Virus record (IMG/VR): IMGVR_UViG_3300017764_000001
Direction: 5' to 3' (one strand)
Source: a virus
Lineage: Duplodnaviria > Caudoviricetes
DNA: 64,000 nucleotides
The notes under the pieces were generated by a model. It ran no database searches. It was given only the letters and a program-made list of their open reading frames with translations, and had not been told where the DNA came from. This document shows positions 7,253 through 13,667 of the stretch, piece after piece. A program made the position numbers and the translations under genes. Every line of letters starts with the position of its first letter. The first letter of the stretch is position 1.

Positions 7253-8167
7253 ATGCTGACTCACATTGAACACATCGAAGATTCTATTCTGACTGGTGAT
7301 CTTCGACCCCTGGATGTTTTCACCGAATGGCATCATCTTTCGGTCAAAATGGACGGTGCTCCTGCGATTGTCTGGGGCACACATCCTGAGACTGATAAGT
7401 TTTTTGTCGGCACCAAGAGTGTATTCAACAAGAAAAAGATCAAAATCAATTATACTCATGATGACATCAACAACAATCATGAGGGTAATGTAGCTCTGAT
7501 TCTTCATGCCTGTCTGGCAAATCTGCCAAGGACAAATGGTATTATTCAGGGTGATTTTCTTGGATTCGGTGGTGATGATACCTATTGTCCGAATACTGTG
7601 ACTTATGTGTTCGATGATATTATTCAGGAGACGATTGTCGTCGCACCACACACCTGGCACGAACCCGATCAGTGGTATGATGGTGATGGTAATTGTTTGC
7701 GTGAGTGTATGGCACTGCCACTGAATCATGGTGATGTAGAGAGCACGGATGAGTGTCTGTTTGTGAGACCCAAGACCTGGAAGATTGTGGATGACGACTT
7801 CAGTTCTGATGTCGCATTTGCCCGTCAGATGGCACAAATGGTGAGGTTTGTTGATGATAAGCAGGCGGCAAAGTTGAAGCAGGTTCTTAACTCTTTCATT
7901 CGTGAGGGTATTGAACTGGATGAAGAATTGATTGCCTATAGTGCAGATTGTGATGTGAATTTGATTCGGTTGTGGAAACTGGTGCGATCAATGAAGCATG
8001 AGTATTTGTTTGCCTGTCGTAATAATGGACCGAAGGCATATTTGAACAATCGTAGGTGTCACGGTGAGGGTTATGTCGTCTTCCATGATTATGGCACGTT
8101 CAAGTTTGTCAAACGTGAGAATTTTAGTCGATTGAACTTCACAATGCAAAAGGCATGGGACAGTTGA
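7253..8167 (+). CDS. DUF6267-like protein with a KxDG ligase/nucleotidyltransferase motif
   Basis: Likely start MLTHIEHIED at 7253. SVKMDGAPAIVWG and FFVGTKSVFNKK match a T4-like phage family with ligase motif I. Confidence 0.7.
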   Translation: MLTHIEHIEDSILTGDLRPLDVFTEWHHLSVKMDGAPAIVWGTHPETDKFFVGTKSVFNKKKIKINYTHDDINNNHEGNVALILHACLANLPRTNGIIQGDFLGFGGDDTYCPNTVTYVFDDIIQETIVVAPHTWHEPDQWYDGDGNCLRECMALPLNHGDVESTDECLFVRPKTWKIVDDDFSSDVAFARQMAQMVRFVDDKQAAKLKQVLNSFIREGIELDEELIAYSADCDVNLIRLWKLVRSMKHEYLFACRNNGPKAYLNNRRCHGEGYVVFHDYGTFKFVKRENFSRLNFTMQKAWDS

Positions 8168-8238
8168 GGTAGTGGCACAGGACAGGGTGTCCGTGCTCTG
8201 TCCTGCCCTATAATACAGAGGTAATCAAGGGACACACC
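8158..8238 (+). promoter_or_regulatory. Early-promoter cassette F
   Basis: GGACAGTT-gagg-TAGTGGCA (8158-8177). Hairpin CAGGACAG...CTGTCCTG. TATAAT(8209). CAAGGGA RBS. Confidence 0.8.
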
Positions 8239-8478
8239 ATGACCGACTTCATCTGTGCCTACTTTGGTTCTGACTGGACTATCACTGCTCGTGGGTTCTC
8301 CAGTGCCCGCCAGGCGGAGAAGCACGGACTCTACATGATGCCCACAGCCGGTGTCTTCGGGTTTGCGGTGATTCATGAGTCTGAGAACGGATGGGAGGTC
8401 TGTGATGACCGCAGCATCCTGTCACCTAACAATAAGGTGACTCAGACTGATCTTAACACGTTTGACGTTTCAGTCTAA
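8239..8478 (+). CDS. hypothetical protein
   Basis: 79-aa ORF after cassette F. Confidence 0.75.
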   Translation: MTDFICAYFGSDWTITARGFSSARQAEKHGLYMMPTAGVFGFAVIHESENGWEVCDDRSILSPNNKVTQTDLNTFDVSV

Positions 8479-8479
8479 A

Positions 8480-8562
8480 AACCAGTTGAGAAGGTGGCAC
8501 ACACCACCTTCACAGGGCACTCGGATGCCCTATAATAAGAACATCAACAAGGGACACACCCC
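8480..8562 (+). promoter_or_regulatory. Early-promoter cassette G
   Basis: AACCAGTT-gaga-AGGTGGCA (8480-8499). TTCACA-GGGCACTCGGATGCCC-TATAAT(8531). CAAGGGA RBS. Confidence 0.8.
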
Positions 8563-8829
8563 ATGCAACTGACCAACTCTGCCACCATCGTTGATTTCTT
8601 CCCTGAGGCATTTATTGCCGAGGCAGATGAGAAGAAAGGAATGAAAGTTGTGATCAAACGTTTCCACAAGAGAGTCACATTTCGTGCCAATGGTATGAAG
8701 TCCTATAGCACGGTGACTATGATTGATGCAAAAAACGAGTGGATGTCACGTATTGCCAAGGGTGCGGAAGTGACCAACTATAATACCGAAAAGATGCCTT
8801 CTTCTGAGTATATGCCCCTGTACTGCTGA
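8563..8829 (+). CDS. hypothetical protein
   Basis: 88-aa ORF after cassette G. Confidence 0.78.
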   Translation: MQLTNSATIVDFFPEAFIAEADEKKGMKVVIKRFHKRVTFRANGMKSYSTVTMIDAKNEWMSRIAKGAEVTNYNTEKMPSSEYMPLYC

Positions 8830-8879
8830 TGTTCTACGTTCTGCCCATCGTTCTTTTCATCTATTCTCTTCTCTCATGA
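8829..8879 (+). CDS. putative 16-aa hydrophobic micropeptide (MFYVLPIVLFIYSLLS)
   Basis: The ATG overlaps the upstream TGA, and its own TGA overlaps the downstream ATG. It fills the gap exactly. Confidence 0.45.
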   Translation: MFYVLPIVLFIYSLLS

Positions 8880-9154
8880 ACTACACTCTTCAACAACTGA
8901 AAGATCGAGTCAACACTCTCATCGAACAACAGGGGGAAACTGCATACTGTGCGGCATGGATTTATACCAAGGAAGATTGTTCTATGCGGGACAATGAGGG
9001 ATTGGATGTGTATCCGTGCGAAGAACATCCTGAGTTGGTTGAACGTATCTTCAACGATATTGGCAACATTGATTACATCTACACTACCATTCAGGATTGT
9101 GTAGATGAAGTTACAGAAGAACAATATATGGCACTTCAGCAGGAACTGGTCTGA
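8876..9154 (+). CDS. hypothetical protein
   Basis: 92-aa acidic ORF in a coupled chain. Confidence 0.75.
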   Translation: MNYTLQQLKDRVNTLIEQQGETAYCAAWIYTKEDCSMRDNEGLDVYPCEEHPELVERIFNDIGNIDYIYTTIQDCVDEVTEEQYMALQQELV

Positions 9155-9396
9155 TGTTTATTGATACCGATCGTCAACTTCGCAAACTTTCTATTTTCAA
9201 ACCAATGAACTTTCGTATTGTTGAGATTGACTTTGACTTTGATGATGAAATGACCAATGATGATCAACAGGAGATTGTCGATGAAGTTATGGCGACGACC
9301 TGGAGTGCGATTGATGGTGATGACCTTGTAGAAGAGATTACATCTGCGACGGGTTGGTGTATTAACTCCATTGATTATTGTTATGTCCTGTCCTAA
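9154..9396 (+). CDS. hypothetical protein
   Basis: 80-aa acidic ORF (DDLVEEITSATGWCINSIDY). Start uncertain. Confidence 0.7.
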   Translation: MFIDTDRQLRKLSIFKPMNFRIVEIDFDFDDEMTNDDQQEIVDEVMATTWSAIDGDDLVEEITSATGWCINSIDYCYVLS

Positions 9397-9447
9397 AAAA
9401 ACCTTGTCTGTGTTATAATCATAGATAAGGAAAATGCACTGAAAACT

Positions 9448-9678
9448 ATGACAGTCGATTGTTCAAGAACAGAAACTAATGTCTTTCTAAATGTTCAGGA
9501 ACTGGGTGTTATCCTAAGTGCCCTTCAACTTTTAGATCACAGTGATGAACATCTCATTGCCAGACAATATGGACCTGCTCCTGTCTTATACAATCGATTG
9601 GTGGAAATTTATGAAACACTGGACCGGTCACAAATTTATACTCATCATGAGTATCAACGACATGAACACAGTTATTGA
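9448..9678 (+). CDS. hypothetical protein
   Basis: 76-aa ORF preceded by an extended -10 (TGtTATAAT at 9411-9419). Confidence 0.65.
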   Translation: MTVDCSRTETNVFLNVQELGVILSALQLLDHSDEHLIARQYGPAPVLYNRLVEIYETLDRSQIYTHHEYQRHEHSY

Positions 9679-10043
9679 TGGAACAATTTGGATGGGATAC
9701 CAATGATGAGTTTCCAATCGAAAGAACGGAACATCCATCATCACCAGTTAAAAGAACTCTTTATCTTCATTCATTAAATGAACACTCTTGTATCAGTCAT
9801 GATGGTTACATTCAACTCGGTATCTTTGATCATTCTGTTGAGAGACACATGGAATTGAATCCGACACTACACTGGGTTGAAACTTATTGGTGTCCTGATG
9901 TCTTCAGTAAACGTTATAAACGTGCGACATTCCAAAAGACTGCCAGAGTTAATGAAGGTAGTCCAAAGACTGATAATCAGGGACAGGGTATTGATTATGA
10001 TAAGGTAAAACCTAAAGGATGCACTAAATTAGAGGACAAGTAA
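9675..10043 (+). CDS. hypothetical protein
   Basis: 122-aa ORF. Confidence 0.7.
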   Translation: MMEQFGWDTNDEFPIERTEHPSSPVKRTLYLHSLNEHSCISHDGYIQLGIFDHSVERHMELNPTLHWVETYWCPDVFSKRYKRATFQKTARVNEGSPKTDNQGQGIDYDKVKPKGCTKLEDK

Positions 10044-10044
10044 A

Positions 10045-10224
10045 ATGACACAAAAAACATACAAAATTGAAGAAGAAGGGACAAATGGTTGGGCACTCAT
10101 TGATCCTGAGTACCAGCATCTTACAAAGGAAAGATGCTCTGAACTCCTAGAACATCTTATTGAAAAAGGTGTCAATCCAAACTATCTTCGTGCCGTAAGA
10201 GATGACGTACAAACCTCAAGTTGA
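10045..10224 (+). CDS. hypothetical protein (59 aa, MTQKTYKIEEEGTNGWALIDPEYQHLTKERCSELLEHLIEKGVNPNYLRAVRD...)
   Basis: Read by hand. GAGG RBS. Fills the gap. Confidence 0.75.
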   Translation: MTQKTYKIEEEGTNGWALIDPEYQHLTKERCSELLEHLIEKGVNPNYLRAVRDDVQTSS

Positions 10225-10435
10225 TGATTATGTCAAGTGGAGAAATGTAGAGGGATGGGTTTACTTTGTAGACCATGAATATTTTACCATTGAGATAGGA
10301 GTTAAAAACAAGAGCGAAGAATCTTATAAGGATTCACCTCTTCATCGGAAAGTTCATTGTCTGATTGTCTGTCACAACTATTATTGGGATGATGTAGAGT
10401 ATGTCAAACACCGAAGAAAAGAAAATGCCCAATGA
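10202..10435 (+). CDS. hypothetical protein
   Basis: 77-aa ORF (YKPQVDDYVKWRNVEGWVYF...). Confidence 0.72.
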   Translation: MTYKPQVDDYVKWRNVEGWVYFVDHEYFTIEIGVKNKSEESYKDSPLHRKVHCLIVCHNYYWDDVEYVKHRRKENAQ

Positions 10436-11126
10436 TGTTATTGTCAAGGGTAAGGTCAAGAGTGTGATTCAGGGTATTGATGATGATCAGGTTCTGATTC
10501 ATTATCATGATACTGTGACTGCCGGTAATGGTAAGAAGAAAGATCATCCGAAAGGTAAGGGTGAAATCAATGCAAAGATATCATCCCTTATCTTTGAACA
10601 ATTAGAACGTGCCACAATTAAAACTCATTTCATACAATCGGCAGGTCCTGGTATTATGAGATGTAAGAAGGTGGATATTATTCCGATTGAGGTTGTTGTT
10701 CGTAATGTCGCTGATGGTTCGATTGTAAGAGACACGACTATTCCAAAGGATACCGTATTCAATCCACCACTGGTTGAGTTCTATCTCAAGGATGATGATA
10801 AGAATGATCCTTTACTTACGGAGGATAGATTAACACTTATGGGGTATACTAATCTAAGAAGAATCAAACAGTATGCAAAGGAGACTAATGCCGTGGTATC
10901 TGATTTGTTTAAAAGAATTGGTATTATATTGATTGATTTTAAACTTGAGTTTGGTACGACTGTCAATGGAGAGATTGTTGTTGCCGATGAGATTAGTCCT
11001 GATGGATGTAGGTTGAGAAATAAGGAGACAAATCAAAGTATGGACAAAGATTTATTCCGTAAGGGTACAGGTGATATTATTGGTGCCTACACTGAAATTA
11101 TGAACAAATTGATTGAAATATGCTGA
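10425..11126 (+). CDS. purC: SAICAR synthase (phosphoribosylaminoimidazole-succinocarboxamide synthase)
   Basis: Motifs TAGNGKK, IPIEVVVRNVADGS, LIDFKLEFG, VADEISPDGCRL, DKDLFR. The start is 10425 or 10401. Confidence 0.93.
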   Translation: MPNDVIVKGKVKSVIQGIDDDQVLIHYHDTVTAGNGKKKDHPKGKGEINAKISSLIFEQLERATIKTHFIQSAGPGIMRCKKVDIIPIEVVVRNVADGSIVRDTTIPKDTVFNPPLVEFYLKDDDKNDPLLTEDRLTLMGYTNLRRIKQYAKETNAVVSDLFKRIGIILIDFKLEFGTTVNGEIVVADEISPDGCRLRNKETNQSMDKDLFRKGTGDIIGAYTEIMNKLIEIC

Positions 11127-11302
11127 AATATGATTAAAAAACAATTAAAAAGGTATTTTTAAATATAAAAGTGTTGTTTGTATGCTATTGAGAATCATTA
11201 GCAATAAGGTGTTAGTAACTCCGTGGATACTGTGTGAATACTGTGTAGAAACTCCTGAGTAACTTCACAGAAACCTCTCATCCTTATGTGAGTTTAGTCC
11301 GC

Positions 11303-11331
11303 ACGTTATCACACTCGAAGGTTTTTGTCAA
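11303..11331 (-). promoter_or_regulatory. leftward sigma70-type promoter
   Basis: Reverse complement reads TTGACA-aaaaccttcgagtgtga(17)-TAACGT. Confidence 0.55.
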
Positions 11332-11380
11332 CAGGGACGGCAGAAAAACTCTGAGATCCACACATTTCTCGTCGAGATTG

Positions 11381-11388
11381 TATAAATA
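11381..11388 (+). promoter_or_regulatory. T4-type late promoter motif
   Basis: Exact TATAAATA between repeat boxes 1 and 2. Confidence 0.5.
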
Positions 11389-11417
11389 CATCTTATGAAT
11401 CTCGTCGAGACATACAC

Positions 11418-11446
11418 TTGACAACTCGACGAGATCATAGTATCAT
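11418..11446 (+). promoter_or_regulatory. rightward sigma70-type promoter with a repeat box in its spacer
   Basis: TTGACA(11418)-actcgacgagatcatag(17)-TATCAT(11441). Confidence 0.75.
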
Positions 11447-11476
11447 AATCACAGTTCATCAATCTCGACGAGAACC

Positions 11477-11680
11477 ATGTACGACGATTACGATCTCGAC
11501 TATACATTCAATAATGATCATGCATCATCATATGATCTCGACGAGATGTGCGAAGGACACGTATCATATAACATGATACAAGATAGCACATCATATAATG
11601 ACGAGATGACCGCATATGATGATGACGAACATCGTGACGAGCAAGACTATCAAACGCTTGCATATATGCACTACGCATGA
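11477..11680 (+). CDS. highly acidic Tyr/Asp-rich small protein
   Basis: 67-aa ORF MYDDYDLDY...YDLDEM, directly downstream of the promoter. Confidence 0.7.
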   Translation: MYDDYDLDYTFNNDHASSYDLDEMCEGHVSYNMIQDSTSYNDEMTAYDDDEHRDEQDYQTLAYMHYA

Positions 11681-11709
11681 TAGAATAGTCCGAGAATCAC
11701 CTAACCACA

Positions 11710-11862
11710 ATGATTGCACAGAAACGCACAATCCGTGTTATTCTAGACATCGAATGTTACGATGATCTTGATATCGAGGATCAGGATTGGCGTGAGATTC
11801 TGCAGCTCGAAGGTGATGAAGACGTTCATGCTACCATCAAAGATCTGGCAGATATCTTCTAG
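11710..11862 (+). CDS. hypothetical protein (50 aa, MIAQKRTIRVILDIECYDDLDIEDQDWREILQLEGDEDVHATIKDLADIF)
   Basis: Read by hand. Confidence 0.7.
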   Translation: MIAQKRTIRVILDIECYDDLDIEDQDWREILQLEGDEDVHATIKDLADIF

Positions 11863-11890
11863 TTTGTGCCAGTTCGTAGATTGGTTTTTT

Positions 11891-11919
11891 ATTCTCAATA
11901 GTGAGTCCTTATTGAGAAT
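11891..11919. repeat. inverted repeat ATTCTCAATA-N9-TATTGAGAAT (copy 1)
   Basis: Perfect 10-bp arms with a 9-bp spacer, intergenic. Confidence 0.85.
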
Positions 11920-11934
11920 AGAAGTCTTTAAAAA

Positions 11935-12016
11935 AACCAGTTGGAGAACTGGCACAGAACCCCTTGTGGATTCGTCCGTGAGGGGTTATGTTGTATCTGT
12001 CGTTAGGAAATTCTCC
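11935..12016 (+). promoter_or_regulatory. Early-promoter cassette I
   Basis: AACCAGTT-ggag-AACTGGCA (11935-11954). Hairpin AACCCCT...GGA-TTCG-TCC...AGGGGTT. -10-like TATGTT (11987). AGGA RBS. Confidence 0.7.
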
Positions 12017-12151
12017 ATGTTTGATGAACTCTGGTCTGAGATTGCTGATGCTCCCGGTGAGATCTTCGATGTCATCGAATACAAGGAAGAATGGGAGAAG
12101 GAAGAGAAATTCGATGTTGAGAAGTACATCAACGGAGACACTGATTACTGA
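12017..12151 (+). CDS. small acidic hypothetical protein (44 aa, MFDELWSEIADAPGEIFDV...)
   Basis: True start is probably the ATG at 12017 after cassette I. The ORF-track extension to 11762 runs through the promoter. Confidence 0.72.
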   Translation: MFDELWSEIADAPGEIFDVIEYKEEWEKEEKFDVEKYINGDTDY

Positions 12152-12426
12152 TGTCCTTCATTTCAAACTTCATCAATCAAACTATGAACGAATCTGATCT
12201 TTTCACTCTCAAAGAAAACTATGCCAACATGATTATCGATGACATGGATATTGATACGTTGGCACAATTTGCCTACGATTCAATCATGGACAATCTGAAA
12301 GATTATGAAGAGACAGATTTGGAGGCAGAAATCACCGATCTTTATGGTGAAGAAACTTACAATGATTTGGCAGACGTTGATACCATCAACGTTTCGTATG
12401 GTGATACGCTGAGACCCGCAAGTTAG
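12151..12426 (+). CDS. acidic hypothetical protein
   Basis: 91-aa ORF with TGATG coupling. Confidence 0.72.
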   Translation: MSFISNFINQTMNESDLFTLKENYANMIIDDMDIDTLAQFAYDSIMDNLKDYEETDLEAEITDLYGEETYNDLADVDTINVSYGDTLRPAS

Positions 12427-12428
12427 TC

Positions 12429-12457
12429 ATTCTCAATATACATTTATTATTGAGAAT
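12429..12457. repeat. inverted repeat ATTCTCAATA-N9-TATTGAGAAT (copy 2)
   Basis: Same arms and the same 9-bp spacer length as copy 1. Confidence 0.85.
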
Positions 12458-12470
12458 CGCAGCTGCCGGT

Positions 12471-12532
12471 GGACAGTTGAACAACCTACACACAAAATGG
12501 GCACAGACCCCAAAATCGTGTATTGTGGATAC
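12471..12532 (+). promoter_or_regulatory. Early-promoter cassette J (degenerate)
   Basis: GGACAGTT-gaac-AACCTACA (12471-12490), 30 bp gap, -10-like TATTGT (12521). Confidence 0.6.
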
Positions 12533-12712
12533 ATGAACAAAACACAACTCTTTTCTGACTCAAATCTCTCCGAACTTCAGGGTTTCATGTTTGACACAAT
12601 GGCATCATCAGAAATGGCAGTCGATTGGTTCTGCGATCGTTTCAATGTTAATGCAGATGATGATATCATTGATTTCGTCCTTGATGCACACTTTGCGTTC
12701 TTCGGAGAGTAA
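12533..12712 (+). CDS. hypothetical protein (59 aa)
   Basis: Start MNKTQLFSD after cassette J. Confidence 0.7.
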   Translation: MNKTQLFSDSNLSELQGFMFDTMASSEMAVDWFCDRFNVNADDDIIDFVLDAHFAFFGE

Positions 12713-12747
12713 CACTAACTCCTTTCGTTCTTCATTCACACTTTCTC

Positions 12748-12879
12748 ATGCGTATCTTCCTTGCTTCGATTGTCATCATCCTGGGTGCCAATCTTCTCAT
12801 CGATCTGTTGGATTCCGACCTGGTGGATGTAATGCAGGAGCGTCGGGAAACTATAGAGAAACAAATGGATCGGATGTGA
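12748..12879 (+). CDS. small protein with an N-terminal hydrophobic segment (43 aa, MRIFLASIVIILGANLLIDLLDSDLVDVMQERRETIEKQMDRM)
   Basis: Read by hand. Confidence 0.6.
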   Translation: MRIFLASIVIILGANLLIDLLDSDLVDVMQERRETIEKQMDRM

Positions 12880-12932
12880 CAGTCGGCAAGGTGTCCACTT
12901 TTTTGGCACAGCACCCCGTTTCCGTGTATCTT
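12877..12932 (+). promoter_or_regulatory. Early-promoter cassette K (degenerate)
   Basis: TGACAGTC-ggca-AGGTGTCC (12877-12896), 30 bp gap, -10-like TATCTT (12927). Confidence 0.6.
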
Positions 12933-12989
12933 AGAGAAGTGGAGGGGAGCACACCCCACCACGACCCCAGTCCTTTCACTTCAATTTCA

Positions 12990-13313
12990 ATGCGTAAGAT
13001 CGAAAAGCAAATGAACGACGCAGTTGCAAACAATGAGAATTGGACATCTGCAAACACGACTGTTACTTTCGATTCCGAAACTAATGAGTCTACCGTGTAT
13101 CTCCACGGTAATAAAATTGCAGAGGTTGGTGATGACTTCCTTCGTGTTTTTGACGGTGGATGGCAAACAAACACAACAAAGTCCCGTCTCAATGCACTGA
13201 TCGAACGTTTTTGTGATGCGTTCACTGACAGCGTTTATCAGCACAAATTTGAGTGGTTCATCACTGATGACAAGAACATTTACAAGTTCGTTAACGGTTA
13301 CACGTTCTCCTGA
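12990..13313 (+). CDS. conserved hypothetical cyanophage protein (107 aa, MRKIEKQMNDAV...)
   Basis: Likely start at 12990. The upstream in-frame extension crosses another ORF and a promoter. Confidence 0.75.
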   Translation: MRKIEKQMNDAVANNENWTSANTTVTFDSETNESTVYLHGNKIAEVGDDFLRVFDGGWQTNTTKSRLNALIERFCDAFTDSVYQHKFEWFITDDKNIYKFVNGYTFS

Positions 13314-13340
13314 GGGGTTCATTCCCCTCCTGTTCTTTTC
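13312..13340 (+). terminator. putative intrinsic terminator
   Basis: GAGGGG-ttcatt-CCCCTC followed by a pyrimidine/T-rich tract. Confidence 0.5.
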
Positions 13341-13352
13341 TCACTGATTAAC

Positions 13353-13523
13353 ATGTTTCGCATCGCATCTTCGTTAACAACCCGTCGCAAACTTTGGGTC
13401 TCCGATGATAACGTGGCACTGCCTGCTTATCTACATGCCGGGGCAAATTCCAAATACAAAGGAAGCAACCCCGGTAAGTATTGGTGCAACTCAGAGGCAC
13501 CGAACATTTCCTTCTCTATCTGA
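13353..13523 (+). CDS. hypothetical protein (56 aa, MFRIASSLTTRRKLWVSDDNVALPAYLHAG...)
   Basis: Read by hand. Confidence 0.6.
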   Translation: MFRIASSLTTRRKLWVSDDNVALPAYLHAGANSKYKGSNPGKYWCNSEAPNISFSI

Positions 13524-13529
13524 TACATT

Positions 13530-13667
13530 ATGAAAATCGTTCGGCGCACTGACTTCGGAAAGTTTCACACCATTTGTGTTCACACAGACAAAAAATGGAT
13601 CAAAGTGATTGATGACGGCATCATAAAGATTGTTCGCAATCCTTACACAGTGCCATGCGTTCGTTAA
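13530..13667 (+). CDS. hypothetical protein (45 aa, MKIVRRTDFGKFHTICVHTDKKWIKVIDDG...)
   Basis: Read by hand. Confidence 0.55.
   Translation: MKIVRRTDFGKFHTICVHTDKKWIKVIDDGIIKIVRNPYTVPCVR

Larger units (their letters stand above)
11367..11546. repeat. array of quasi-palindromic CTCG(A/T)CGAG boxes
   Basis: CTCGTCGAG at 11368 and 11401. CTCGACGAG at 11425, 11464 and 11537. Degenerate CTCGACTAT at 11495. Confidence 0.9.

Noticed and set aside
11367-11546. Repeat array read as a CRISPR or mini-CRISPR
   Set aside because: Repeats are only 9-11 bp, spacing is irregular (24-42 bp start to start), orientation flips, and there are no cas genes.
11861-11890. Possible eleventh early palindrome (TGCCAGTT-cgta-GATTGGTT)
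   Set aside because: Half-site match only, with no -10 box at the 30-32 bp distance, so it was not counted as a cassette.
11762-12016. 5' extension of the ORF ending at 12151
   Set aside because: Overlaps the ORF at 11710-11862, an inverted repeat and promoter cassette I. ATG 12017 has an RBS and fits the cassette.
12591-12989. 5' extension giving a 240-aa ORF ending at 13313
   Set aside because: Runs across two other small genes and cassette K. Protein-like sequence begins at MRKIEK (12990).
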